IMG/VR virus record: IMGVR_UViG_3300050821_002957
Location: 248,001-312,000 of that record
Reading direction: 5' to 3' (one strand)
Length of the DNA stretch: 64,000 nt
Under the pieces are notes generated by a model. It searched no databases, was not told where the DNA came from, and was given only the letters and a program-made list of their open reading frames with translations. The stretch's first letter is position 1; each line of letters starts with the position of its first letter. This document shows, in pieces, positions 25,105-35,452 of this stretch. Position numbers and translations under genes: made by a program.

Positions 25105-26007
25105 TTGTTTCGGTGTCCTTTTTTGTTTCGTTTTTACTACTCTGACTTTTCTACTCTAAACTAGGTGCATCTACTTTGTCAATAGCAAACGCAAAATTAT
25201 TTCACTAATTCCAACCAGCCCCATTGATTGTTGTCAGTCCACATGGTTTCCCATTCGTAGTCAATGGTGGCATCGAGCAGCACTTCGATACGTTGTGCGT
25301 CATGACCACCGTATTTCTTTGACGGCCCAGGCATTTCTACGACGGTTCCGATGCGGCCTTCGTTCATCGAATTGCCGCAAATCAGCACACGATCACCAAC
25401 TTTCACGATGGCCGGTGCAGGTACGGGCTTCGGTGTCGGGTTTGATTCTAGTCTTGCCAAAACCTCGTTGACAAAATCAATTTCCTGCCGATCACGTTCA
25501 GCCAGAACAGTCGGATCAATCAAGGCACGTTCGGCTTCATAAGCGGCCTTTGTAATGGCACACTTATCCAAAAATTCCCGGTGACAAGGCTTGCAGACAC
25601 ATTTGCGGACATGAGGACCAAAAGGCTTTTCCTCACTGAATGCACCAACATATTCGCCCTCCAGGTAATTCTCGTATTGGCTAGTGTTGATCATGAAACC
25701 ATCTTACCAGATAGATGTATCTAATGTCAACGAGTCACGGCAACTTTTTTTCAAGACGTTTCATCTCGATCAGTTGATGAAACAAGTCGGTACAGGTTTT
25801 CAACTGATCGAAAAATCGAGGATCGGCTGGCTTTTCTTCGGGATGGAGTGAAACCATTGTCGAAAGCAGCCCATTACAGGCTTCAATTTTGCGTTCCAAC
25901 AAAGTGATAGGACTGGGTTTCACAAATACCGGAGCCGGGGGAGGAACGCTCCGTGAAGGAACGTTCCCCAAAGTCGTCAAGAGAAGGATGGCGACTATCA
26001 TATCGTT

Positions 26008-26739
26008 TTACAGGGCGAACAGCGTGCCGAGTTTCTGCGTCGATTCCAAGGCTACGTGCGGATGCTTCACGATCTCATCCCGAAAAACTTCCGTGAAGGC
26101 GTTATGCAGAGACCACATGCTGCGTCCCTTGAATTCGTCGTGGCGAGGCTCAAAGTATTCGTGAGCGACAGGCAGCACTTGATTCTGATTGATAATGCCA
26201 CTTTCCAGCGCATCAAAAATCGTCGCTTTCGCTTCGATATCGGTGATCTTTGTTTCCTTCAGCAAATTCACCCGATTGCCCAGGACATCGAACTTGAGAA
26301 TCGCCTTGTCCACGCCGCCGAAGATGGCAGTGCGAGGATTTAAACCAGCAGTATGCTTCCGCCACAGAATTTCCTCATCTCCAGACAAAGCCATGTTGTC
26401 GCAGCAGAAGACACGGAACCCGGCGACCAGACCAACCGCCATCGACTTGTCATTGGCCGCACGCAGACCCATTGCAAAGGCGAAATCGTCTACTGCACGC
26501 TTCAATACCAGGGTGCCGAAGAGCTTCATTCCGTTGCTCATGACGGCCATTTCACAGCGGTCGATGGAAATTTTGTGGTCGGCCAAACGCTCTTCGATCA
26601 AGTTGATGAAATCGGCGTGAGCGACGGGACGATGGGTAAGGGTGCGTGGCGGGGTATTCAAATTCAGAAGTTCGCCACGAGAAATCCGTACTGCGCCCCG
26701 GTGGGTACAGAGAGTTGCGCTAACGTTCTTGGCTTCCAT
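26008..26739 (-). CDS. DUF932 family protein
   Basis: T.THRPV.H, GLR..NDKS, GFRVFCCDNMAL, RKHT, WSLHNAFTE. Confidence 0.75.
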   Translation of the reverse strand: MEAKNVSATLCTHRGAVRISRGELLNLNTPPRTLTHRPVAHADFINLIEERLADHKISIDRCEMAVMSNGMKLFGTLVLKRAVDDFAFAMGLRAANDKSMAVGLVAGFRVFCCDNMALSGDEEILWRKHTAGLNPRTAIFGGVDKAILKFDVLGNRVNLLKETKITDIEAKATIFDALESGIINQNQVLPVAHEYFEPRHDEFKGRSMWSLHNAFTEVFRDEIVKHPHVALESTQKLGTLFAL

Positions 26740-26863
26740 TTTGGAACCATCCATTTCTGCCGAGTTCGTCTCGACAAAACAATCATACGCCAATCTGAAT
26801 CGAGATGTCAATAGCCTGATAAGATTTTTTAGACGCCTATTCAGGTCGGTCTACATAATTGGT

Positions 26864-28111
26864 ATGGCTGCACCTTCTTATACTGGCGATTTTTCCATCA
26901 AAAGCCTCATCCTTACGAACACGACCGGCGAAACGGTTGATTTGCGCTTTGTGATGCTGGAAATCAACGTTTATGAATCGCTTTGGAACAACAACACCAC
27001 TTGCGATATTCTGATCAATGACGCAAACAACCTGATCATGAATATTCCGATGTTTGGATATGAGACGTTGCTGTTAGAATTTCAGACGCCGAATGGAGAA
27101 TTATGGTCGAAGACGTTCCGGCTCATGCGAATTACAGATAGAACGTTGACTAAGGAACGAGCCTTGGGATACATTCTCCATTTTGTAACGCTCGAAGCAA
27201 TCACAAATTTGAAGACCAGAGTGAGCAAGTCGTACAAAGGCATGTTGATCTCTGATATGGTGGACGATCTCTTCAATAACTGGTTAGATTCAGACTCCGA
27301 CATCAACATTGAGACTACAAAAAATCAATTCCATTTTATCATCCCAAACATTCCACCAATTCAGGCAATCAACTGGCTGTCTACGCACGCAAACTCGACG
27401 GGCTATAGTGGATCAAATTATCTTTTCTATGAGGACAAATACGGGTTCAACTTTGTCACGATGGAATCACGAATGGCACAGGATTCGAGTAAGACGTATT
27501 TGTTTCAAGTGGCAAACGTTCGTACCGATCCACCGGCTTTGCTTCCTGACTTCTCGACCAATGACGTGGCGGCACTTTCTTATACTCTCGACAGTCAAAG
27601 TGACATCGTAGAGAACATGCGAGCAGGAATGTACGGTAACCAACTTCTTACGCACAGCCACTCTCGTAAAATTTGGCGCAGCTATACGTTCGATTATCCT
27701 TCTTCATTCGATAACTATACTCACTTGTACGACAGCAACATGCTAGAATCTCAGGCGACACAGGACACAAACAAACCGGCCAGTCGTCTAAAACTCTATC
27801 CAACTGGAGCCGATCAAGATGGTTATCCCTTTGTGCCTGAGCAGTGGCTTCCGATTCGTATTTCACAGTTACAGCAGTTGCACAACATCAGATTCACAAT
27901 TGCGATTCCTGGCGACTCTCAAAGGACTGTCGGTGAAGTAGTGACATTCAATCTTCCGTCGCCGCAGCAGCCAGTCAATAATCAACAGGTAAACGACAAA
28001 TATTATGCTGGTGACTTTTTGGTCCAAAGTGTCCGACACATCATCGACATTGACAAGTATCGGACTGTCCTTGAACTAACCAAAGATTCTACGTTGTCGC
28101 AATATCCTTAA
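26864..28111 (+). CDS. Baseplate hub/tail protein (gp27-like fold) of T4-like phages
   Basis: EINVYESL, D.NNLI.NIP..GYE.L, RVSKSY.G, YLFYED..GFNF, IPGDS.R.VG, YAGDFLV.SVRH. Confidence 0.7.
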   Translation: MAAPSYTGDFSIKSLILTNTTGETVDLRFVMLEINVYESLWNNNTTCDILINDANNLIMNIPMFGYETLLLEFQTPNGELWSKTFRLMRITDRTLTKERALGYILHFVTLEAITNLKTRVSKSYKGMLISDMVDDLFNNWLDSDSDINIETTKNQFHFIIPNIPPIQAINWLSTHANSTGYSGSNYLFYEDKYGFNFVTMESRMAQDSSKTYLFQVANVRTDPPALLPDFSTNDVAALSYTLDSQSDIVENMRAGMYGNQLLTHSHSRKIWRSYTFDYPSSFDNYTHLYDSNMLESQATQDTNKPASRLKLYPTGADQDGYPFVPEQWLPIRISQLQQLHNIRFTIAIPGDSQRTVGEVVTFNLPSPQQPVNNQQVNDKYYAGDFLVQSVRHIIDIDKYRTVLELTKDSTLSQYP

Positions 28112-28175
28112 AGCCATAAATACTTTATTTTTCAATAGTTTATAAGTTTTGCTTGGAGACCTTATAAATAGATGC

Positions 28176-28916
28176 GTGACCTATTGTATCTACTCCATCA
28201 CAAACAATTTGAACAGAAAACGTTATATAGGATTTACTGGTAACTTTCGTGTTCGGAAGAATAAACACAAAGACTTGTCTCGACGAGGAAGCCTTCAGGC
28301 AATTCATCATGCTATCCGCAAATACGGTTGGGAAAATTTTTCATGGGAAATTCTCTTTGAATCTAGCGACCGTGAACAGACTCTTAATGTAAAAGAGCCG
28401 GAATTCATAAAGCTCTATCAGACACAAAATCCCAAATATGGATACAACCAAACTGCTGGTGGCGAACACTATGTTTTGTCAGAAGAAGCTCGTCACAAAA
28501 TTTCTCTCTCGAAACTAGGAAAGAAGAGACCGCCCCATGTTATTGAAGCTCTGCGACGTGCAAACTTCGGAACCAAACAAAGTGAAGAACGTAAAGCTAG
28601 ACAAAGTGAATTACTAAGACACCGTTATGACCACAAGCCAAATCCAATGAAGGGTCGCAAACTGACCGAGCCGCACAAACAAAAACTCAGGGCAGTACAT
28701 CCACACTTACCACACACCAAAACATCCAAAGCAAAAATTGCAGAAAAGAACAGCCGCCACTGGACCGTTGTCTTCCCGGATGGGCACCAAGAACAAATCG
28801 TGAACATGGCAAAGTTTTGTAGAGAGCACAATCTCCACCAGTCAAATATGTCAGAGACTCAATCGAATGGGAAGACTTACAAAGGATTTAAATGTTGCCG
28901 ATCCGAAATAACTTAA
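28176..28916 (+). mobile_element. Free-standing GIY-YIG homing endonuclease with NUMOD3-like repeats
   Basis: CIYSITN..NRKRYIG, AIRKYG.ENF, GYN.T.GG, SEE.R.KIS; TATAAATA promoter. Confidence 0.88.
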
Positions 28917-30010
28917 GCCTGCTTGCGTCTCGTGCGCTTAACCACTGGAGCCGTCTCTTCGACTTGAGTTCCATCATGATCAGGTAGAAGAATCTCGTCA
29001 CCTTCTTCAGGCGCTTCGATTTCCCATTCAATTTTTCCTTCGACCGCTTTGCAATAGACATACGATCCAGGAGAAATTTTGCCGTCAATAAAGTCGTCTG
29101 CGAGAGGATTGAGAAGGAATCGGTTGATTACTCGCTTTAACTCTCGTGCGCCATACTGAATGCTCGTGCCGGTTTTAGTGAGCAACTCAAGAGATGGTTC
29201 ATCATAGTTCATGAAGAAGCCTTTGTTTCCGAGGCGTTCCATAATCTGCGTCTGAATCTTGTTGAGTTCTAGAGTTGTAATCTTTTTTAACATGTCAGGA
29301 CTTAGCGGTTTGTATGTGACCACTTCATCGACACGATTTGGAAACTCAGGTGGAAATTTGCGTGCTAATGCTCCAAGACCAATTCTCTGAATAGCAGCAA
29401 AATTATGATCGCTGAATGCATCAGTAGTAATCGGACCTTGAAGTTTGTTGAAACCGAAGCCGCCTGTGAACATTTCCGACATTTCTTTTGCGCCAAGGTT
29501 AGAAGACATGAAAATAACTGTCTTCTGAAAATCTGCGCTGGTATTGTCTCCCAGGCGAAGGGTTGCTTTATCGAGAATACCGAGTAATACTCTCCAGAGA
29601 GACGCACTACCCTTTTCAATTTCGTCGAAGAGAATAATTGAAATAGGAGATTTTTCAGTAGCTACAGCATTGATCTTGGCCTGCGAAAACACCGGATGTG
29701 TTTCACGATGTCCCAAGTAACCAGGAGGAGCACCGATCAGCTTCGCAACTTCATGTTCCATCTGAAATTCGCCACAATCGATTCTTAGTACATTTTTGTC
29801 TGTACCGTGAAGAACTTCTGAAAGTGTCTCAGCAGTTCTGGTCTTACCTGTTCCCGTAGGTCCCATCAAGAAGAAGACACCGACCGGGCGACCTGGAGCA
29901 TTCAATCCAGCCATCGCACGCACAATGTACGGGATGATCTTGTCGATTGCATGATCCTGTCCAACGATCAACTTCTTCCACGCTTCGGCCAGTTCTTGTG
30001 ATTTCATCAT
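28913..30010 (-). CDS. ClpA/B-like ATPase containing only the second (D2) AAA module
   Basis: IVGQDHAI, GPTGTGKT, KLIGAPPGYLG, LFDEIEK, MSSNLG, GARELKR; FGF loop. Confidence 0.88.
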   Translation of the reverse strand: MMKSQELAEAWKKLIVGQDHAIDKIIPYIVRAMAGLNAPGRPVGVFFLMGPTGTGKTRTAETLSEVLHGTDKNVLRIDCGEFQMEHEVAKLIGAPPGYLGHRETHPVFSQAKINAVATEKSPISIILFDEIEKGSASLWRVLLGILDKATLRLGDNTSADFQKTVIFMSSNLGAKEMSEMFTGGFGFNKLQGPITTDAFSDHNFAAIQRIGLGALARKFPPEFPNRVDEVVTYKPLSPDMLKKITTLELNKIQTQIMERLGNKGFFMNYDEPSLELLTKTGTSIQYGARELKRVINRFLLNPLADDFIDGKISPGSYVYCKAVEGKIEWEIEAPEEGDEILLPDHDGTQVEETAPVVKRTRRKQA

Positions 30011-30351
30011 TCCCTAATTGCCTCGCTTGGATACTGCTGCTACTACTTACAAATTCAACTTGTTCAACATATGTTTGAGTCGATCTGCATCTTTAGCTTG
30101 CATGATGAAACAATCGAAGTGACCATAACGACACTTGTACCCAAACACATATTTCACAGCCACCCACATCCGTTGGAAAAAGTTACGATAATGTTGCAGG
30201 AACACTTCCGTGTATATGCTATTATCTTCGTCATCCCAAGCAAACCGCAGCGTGTGTTCTGACGAGTGACAAGCACAGTCAAAATATTGCGGCTCAAATG
30301 GCTCAATCATTGGTATCATCTTCATCGGTATTTAGGGAATCCTTGTATGCC

Positions 30352-30384
30352 AAAAGAAAAGCCGGAACCTTTCGGCCCCGGCTC
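30352..30384 (-). terminator. Intrinsic terminator after hsp20
   Basis: GC-rich hairpin with GAAA loop followed by UUUUCUUUU. Confidence 0.7.
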
Positions 30385-30408
30385 TCTTGTTTGTGAACTA
30401 TATGACAA

Positions 30409-30906
30409 CTACTTAATCTCGAAAGTGGTTCGAGTTTTTTCTTCTGTTGGTTTTGGCTTTGAAACCACAACCGTCAGAACGCCGTTTTCAGACGACACTG
30501 ATTCGACAATCGCATTTGGTTGAAGGTCAAACGTGCGAACCCAAGCAGCCTTTGAAATTCCTTGGTGGCGATGAACTTCACCTACACCAGGAGCATTCGT
30601 AGACTTGGATGGATGAACGGCATCAGGTGCTTTCAATCCACGAACGATAAGAACATTGCCTTCTTTTTCGACTACAAGTTGACTCTTACTGTATCCGGCA
30701 GCAGCGAGTTCAAGACGAACTTTGCCATCAGCTTGCTCAATAATGTCATAAGGAGGGAAATTTCTTGCGCCGTTGGTAGTGGATGTTAACGTCACAAAGG
30801 GGAAATCGGGGTGCTCGATCAAACTCCAAAAGTCTGACACAACGCCTCGTCCTGACTCAAAAAGACCGAATAGGTCGTCTTTGGATGTACCAATTGAATA
30901 CTTCAT
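30409..30906 (-). CDS. Small heat shock protein Hsp20 (IbpA-like)
   Basis: NFPPYDI, LELAAAGY, HQGIS, ENGVLTV. Confidence 0.9.
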   Translation of the reverse strand: MKYSIGTSKDDLFGLFESGRGVVSDFWSLIEHPDFPFVTLTSTTNGARNFPPYDIIEQADGKVRLELAAAGYSKSQLVVEKEGNVLIVRGLKAPDAVHPSKSTNAPGVGEVHRHQGISKAAWVRTFDLQPNAIVESVSSENGVLTVVVSKPKPTEEKTRTTFEIK

Positions 30907-30980
30907 TTTATTCTCCTGTCTCCTCAATGTAGAGCGAGACACTGTTTGTTATAAAGAACCTCAGTTGAGAGCGTTCCTAC
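30907..30980 (-). promoter_or_regulatory. ROSE-like hsp20 leader (two bulged hairpins)
   Basis: GUCUCGCUC...GAGGAGAC hairpin containing UCGCU opposite GAGGAG; TATAAATA upstream. Confidence 0.45.
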
Positions 30981-30998
30981 TCAAGGCTATTTATACAG

Positions 30999-31601
30999 CT
31001 AATTTGTCCCAGTCGAACCAAATCCACCAATACGATCTGTCTTCTGTGTCGGTTTCGTAGCGGTCTCTTCGACAACATAAGCCATGTCTGGGATCATCTC
31101 TGCTTGTGCAATGCGGTCACCATGAACAACGATAGCAATTTCAGTCGAATCATTCCTGAGTACAACAAAAGTAGGATCGACGTAATCTGCATCGACAACA
31201 CCTTCGTGATTCGCCAGGACCAAACCTTGCTTCAAAGCCAAGCCAGAACGACTGTGAAGACGGACGCTGTAGCCAACTGGAATATCAAAGATCAAATTAG
31301 TCGGAACCATTACACGAGATCCCGGCTTGATAAAAATACAATTTTGTTCTGTGACTGCTGTCTGAGTTACTTCGACCAAAGTCTTCTTATTGTCAACATT
31401 GTAAGACCAGACTTGTACTCCCAGATCCAGGCAAGCTCGAAGATCAAAGCAGGCTGCATGTTGTGTTCCCCATTGTGGATCAAATGCTGTCGGAGTGAGC
31501 TTATAAAACTTGAGAGGAGGAGCGTCGGGTTGTGTTAATTCCTGATTAAACGGATCAGTAAGTGTAAGTGGTTGCGGTACGAATTTCATATTCAATTCCA
31601 T
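30999..31601 (-). CDS. dut: Trimeric dUTPase
   Basis: ACFDL, SRSGLA, GVVDADY, GDRIAQ, R.GGFGSTG. Confidence 0.95.
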   Translation of the reverse strand: MELNMKFVPQPLTLTDPFNQELTQPDAPPLKFYKLTPTAFDPQWGTQHAACFDLRACLDLGVQVWSYNVDNKKTLVEVTQTAVTEQNCIFIKPGSRVMVPTNLIFDIPVGYSVRLHSRSGLALKQGLVLANHEGVVDADYVDPTFVVLRNDSTEIAIVVHGDRIAQAEMIPDMAYVVEETATKPTQKTDRIGGFGSTGTN

Positions 31602-31629
31602 TTCATCATGGAATCAAATTCTGTCAAGT

Positions 31630-32406
31630 TTAGTGGGCGCTGTTGATCAGAACACCAATAGGATTGAGGCTTCGGTAAATCGTAGCGCCAGTCACAGCAT
31701 AAGTCAGGATTCGGTCGTACCATTTTGGTTTTGTCAGCCGGTCAATGTTCATAGTGATAGAATCGATGTTTGCAGTGATAGGAGGAATAGATGTAGCTAA
31801 AGTTCCTGAAACCATTGCAACATTCGTCGAGACGGTTCCAATATTTGCTTCGATCTTGGGAAGAGTTTCTGATAGACCGGCCATTGTGGTGCTGGTTGAG
31901 CGGCTCGCATCACGAATTGCAAACATGGTGTCACTAGCTTGGCCTTGAAGACATAGAGAGTTCTGTTTGCAGTTAAAATATAGATCAAAATTCTTGTTGT
32001 ACTGAGCAGCTACATCGGTCGGCACATTGGCATAAGCTGTAACCAAAGTGTTGATCGATTTGTTGGTCTCGCTTAGTTGAGTATTCAAATTTTTGTTAGC
32101 TTCGGCAAGTTGTGTGTTCACTGCCGAGACAAGACCTGACTGAACCAATGCAAGGCGATTATCACTCTTGTCGGCGACTGTATTGACTTCGGCGGTCAGC
32201 TTATCTTGGACTGTATCTATTTTGGCAAGCAATTTATCCTGGACAGTATCGATCTTAGTGAGTACTTTGTCAGGAAGGTTTTTGGCTGTAGTCTGGACTT
32301 CGAGCGTGGTCACAGTGAGTTGATGAAGAAAGAGACAAAGAAAAGCTGCGACGGGAACAACAGAAAGAAGAGCCAAGAGTTTTGCAAGTTTGATTAGACG
32401 ATCCAT
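31630..32406 (-). CDS. Membrane-anchored coiled-coil protein
   Basis: N-terminal hydrophobic helix, heptad-like repeats (KIDTVQDKL x2). Confidence 0.55.
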   Translation of the reverse strand: MDRLIKLAKLLALLSVVPVAAFLCLFLHQLTVTTLEVQTTAKNLPDKVLTKIDTVQDKLLAKIDTVQDKLTAEVNTVADKSDNRLALVQSGLVSAVNTQLAEANKNLNTQLSETNKSINTLVTAYANVPTDVAAQYNKNFDLYFNCKQNSLCLQGQASDTMFAIRDASRSTSTTMAGLSETLPKIEANIGTVSTNVAMVSGTLATSIPPITANIDSITMNIDRLTKPKWYDRILTYAVTGATIYRSLNPIGVLINSAH

Positions 32407-32720
32407 TGTTTGATACCCGAAAGAAAGGCTTCCTGTGTAACTTCAGATACCACTACTTGACCTTTGACAAATAACATGATTGTCGGGACGGCTCTGATAG
32501 AATACTTCATCGCAAGGTCTGCATTAGTATCTACGTCAACCCTAAGAAATGTTAACTCTGGGTCTTTAGAAAGCGCAGTGATGCCGGGAGCGTACAAACT
32601 AAAATTGAGAGCAATTGCACTGGAAGCTACATTGCTCTTTTGACTCCACAGGACAATGACACTCGTTTTATTTTGAAGGATCGCATCAAAGACGGCGGCA
32701 ATAGTGATATCTGTCATCAT
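32394..32720 (-). CDS. Thioredoxin-fold protein lacking CxxC (late)
   Basis: RVDVD.N.DLA.KYSIRAVPTIMLF.KG; no Cys in the translation from 32720. Confidence 0.7.
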   Translation of the reverse strand: MMTDITIAAVFDAILQNKTSVIVLWSQKSNVASSAIALNFSLYAPGITALSKDPELTFLRVDVDTNADLAMKYSIRAVPTIMLFVKGQVVVSEVTQEAFLSGIKQWIV

Positions 32721-32771
32721 GTCCCTATTTAGCTTGACTTTACAGTCATCCTTAAGTATACTGTTTGCACT

Positions 32772-33032
32772 ATGGCTACCAGTAAAGATAACACTTTTGT
32801 CTGTAGTTTCTGCGATCCCCCAAGAAAATGTGTCAACGCTCAAGGTCTCGCAGCCCATCAACGGTCGGCACACCCAGATCAAGTCAAATCAAAATCAACA
32901 CCTAAAAAGACGCATCACAAAACATATCACAAAAAATCATCAGAGATCTCATTGGCCGATGCGATCAATGCGTTGGAAATCAAACGAGACGCTTTGGATG
33001 AAGTCATTAAAAATTTGAAGGAGATGTTATGA
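32772..33032 (+). CDS. C2H2 zinc-finger protein
   Basis: CSFC...GLAAHQRSAH; own TTGACT-17-TATACT promoter. Confidence 0.65.
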   Translation: MATSKDNTFVCSFCDPPRKCVNAQGLAAHQRSAHPDQVKSKSTPKKTHHKTYHKKSSEISLADAINALEIKRDALDEVIKNLKEML

Positions 33033-33331
33033 AACCATTGAGCAGGCGACAAGTCAGTACACTACGCCATTTAAAGATTCATGGAAGCGTCAGCATAGAG
33101 AGCTTGCGGTCCTTCCACCAGGGAACAATCTGGAGCCTTATGTACAAAGGACTCGTAGTCAAATTTGGAGGATCAGATGTAGGATTATCTACGGCAGGCG
33201 AGGCAGTCCTTCGTGACTACAATTCGACGGCCCCGAGCTATCGCAAACATGATGCCGAATTGACCGACCGAGTTCAACGTCTTCTCGTGCGAGTGAAAAT
33301 TCTTCAGATGCGAAAATCTGCGGCAGCTTGA
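33029..33331 (+). CDS. Possible winged-helix DNA-binding protein
   Basis: LS.RQ..TL..L....TIWSL..KGLV...LS.AG pattern. Confidence 0.4.
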   Translation: MKPLSRRQVSTLRHLKIHGSVSIESLRSFHQGTIWSLMYKGLVVKFGGSDVGLSTAGEAVLRDYNSTAPSYRKHDAELTDRVQRLLVRVKILQMRKSAAA

Positions 33332-33363
33332 CATTTAGATGCATCTAGTGCTATGCTGGGTGC
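33328..33363 (+). promoter_or_regulatory. Sigma70-type promoter with perfect palindrome TAGATGCATCTA in the spacer; leaderless start
   Basis: TTGACA-18-TATGCT, ATG 6 nt later; palindrome at 33336..33347. Confidence 0.8.
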
Positions 33364-33662
33364 ATGTCTAATCCTCGTTACAGAATTAGTGGTGAACACA
33401 TCGTGGACAATACCACGAACCACATTGTCATGACCCTCTCGTTGCCAAAATGGGAGGCTACGCTTTCATTCGAGTGCAAGGTTCTCAATGGTGAACTGGT
33501 CCCGAAATGGGTGGACGACGTTCTCATTTGGTTACCGCCTGCCGTTTCTTGACAAGATCGCCAGACGTGGTACAGTTGAGAGGAATTGAAACCGTCTCTA
33601 CATTCTCCTGTGGAGGCTTCTTAGGTGCTGCGGAAGGAAATACCGCAGCACCATTTTTGTTT

Positions 33663-34913
33663 CTAGAGACGCCCGGAACGGATCAGTTCGAGGGCCTGTT
33701 CTTTCGATTTGATGTGACCGGCAAGCTGCCCATTCTCGGCGGCGTCCAGGATTCGTTTGAAATCTGGTCCTGGCTTCATTCCAAGTGCCTTCAGATCATC
33801 CCCATTGACAAATTTTGCCGGATTCAAGTCTTCGGCCTTCATGTTGGCAAACATTTTTGACAACATCTGGAAAGCAGCGATATGGACGTGCTTGTCCTGA
33901 GCCTCTGTACGGCATCCATAGAGCTTCAAGGCGTCGGGGAACAGCTTCTCACGCATCAGGCGTTTCAACACGTCCAGCGTCGTTCCAGCCGTCACAGAAC
34001 CGATTCTGGACTGAAGGTCGATGATGCCGGTAATCTGCTTGATCGTGTCGTTAAAAAACTTCAGACGTTTACCAATTTTTTCTGCGCTCCCTGAAGGCAA
34101 CATGTACAACGCACCAGCCAAACCCAATGCTGGATTGATGTTGGTGCCGATGAACGAAAGTGTTGCCATCATCTGAGCGTAATCATACGGAGTCATGTGG
34201 GCAACTTCCGGCAGAACATGCTCTAAGATGCCGGTGTTGTTCATTCCCTTGATTGTCTTGTGAGCGTCATGACCCATTGCCTTGGTCAATTCCTCTGTTA
34301 TGCGCTCTACGTCCATTTTCGCAATGTTCGGAGCGTGCGCCTGCATTGCCGCCAGTGTCTCTGGGTGGATCTCAAATCCGAGCTTCGCCTGAAAACGATG
34401 TGCCCGAAGCATCCGAAGATGATCCTGTGTAAAACGGTCGTTCGGATTGCCGACACATTTGATGAGGCCGTTTTTTGCATCGGCCTTGCCACCATGAAAA
34501 TCGATGATGTCACCAGTGAACGGGTCCATGTACATTGCATTGACGGTGAAGTCACGCCGGTTGGAATCTTGTTGTTGATCACGAGTGTATTCGACATCAT
34601 CTGGACGCCGACCATCAGTGTACTTTCCATCTTTGCGGAATGTGGCAATGTCGATACCGTGGCAGACAACGACACCAAATGATTTTCCTACGACACTTGT
34701 TCCTGGGAAAAGTTTGAGAACTTCTTCAGGTGTGGCGTCAGTTGCTACGTCAAAATCTTTTGGCTTGTGGCCGGTCAAAAAATCACGAACACAACCGCCA
34801 GCGAGATAGCCGACAAAGCCGTGTCTGCGAAGCGTAGTGATTACGTCTTTGGCGTCGTCAAGCGTGCCATAGGTGGACTCCCGAAGGAGGGCGAATTGTG
34901 TAAATGAGAGCAC
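33663..34913 (-). CDS. cca: CCA tRNA nucleotidyltransferase (class II, no HD domain) with capsid-targeting-like N-terminus
   Basis: GGCVRD..DFDVAT, RKD plus flexible loop Y.DGRRP, RRDFTVNA, QDHLRMLR; N-term MLSFTQFALLRE; TAAATA promoter. Confidence 0.88.
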   Translation of the reverse strand: MLSFTQFALLRESTYGTLDDAKDVITTLRRHGFVGYLAGGCVRDFLTGHKPKDFDVATDATPEEVLKLFPGTSVVGKSFGVVVCHGIDIATFRKDGKYTDGRRPDDVEYTRDQQQDSNRRDFTVNAMYMDPFTGDIIDFHGGKADAKNGLIKCVGNPNDRFTQDHLRMLRAHRFQAKLGFEIHPETLAAMQAHAPNIAKMDVERITEELTKAMGHDAHKTIKGMNNTGILEHVLPEVAHMTPYDYAQMMATLSFIGTNINPALGLAGALYMLPSGSAEKIGKRLKFFNDTIKQITGIIDLQSRIGSVTAGTTLDVLKRLMREKLFPDALKLYGCRTEAQDKHVHIAAFQMLSKMFANMKAEDLNPAKFVNGDDLKALGMKPGPDFKRILDAAENGQLAGHIKSKEQALELIRSGRL

Positions 34914-35452
34914 CGTATATTTAGTCCTTTAATATGAACATCCAGAGATTGTGATTTTGTTTTTCCTGTCGATCTCTTGACCATCGTTGAACCAGCTTAC
35001 CGACCAATCCGTAGACCACCAGGACAAAGCCGATGATCATTACGTTATTGATGCCGTACTGATTCAAAGCAAACATCACTTAGCCGATCCAATCATTTTT
35101 TGTGCTCCCAGTGAATCACTACGGTTGCGTACATTCCACCGCCATCGTGCGACTCCCGAACACCATATCCAAGCGGTGTCAGCATTGAAGCTACTTTTGC
35201 GACAAATTTTGATGCCGGGTAATAATCAACCCGAAACGAAGCAGCGCCGCTCGACGTGTACTTGACCGGATTGTCAATCATGTCCTCGATCTTTGGTGCA
35301 ACGACATTATTGATAAAATTGGTGACCTCGGTCTCAACTTCCTCAGCGTGCTTAATCTCGGCGGCGGCGACGTATTCAGCAGCAGTTTTGATGGTCAATC
35401 CGTTGTTCATGAATAAAGAATAGCATGAAGATGTATCTAATGTCAAGGCCCC

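Noticed and set aside
30352-30384. Fifth Y-like RNA (contains GAGCCGG)
   Set aside because: Ordinary terminator; lacks the 3' AUUUGUUC and the internal motif
33663-34913. Poly(A) polymerase
   Set aside because: Has VGKSFG rather than the G(R/K)(R/K)F signature and retains the CCA-type flexible loop; not excluded without an assay
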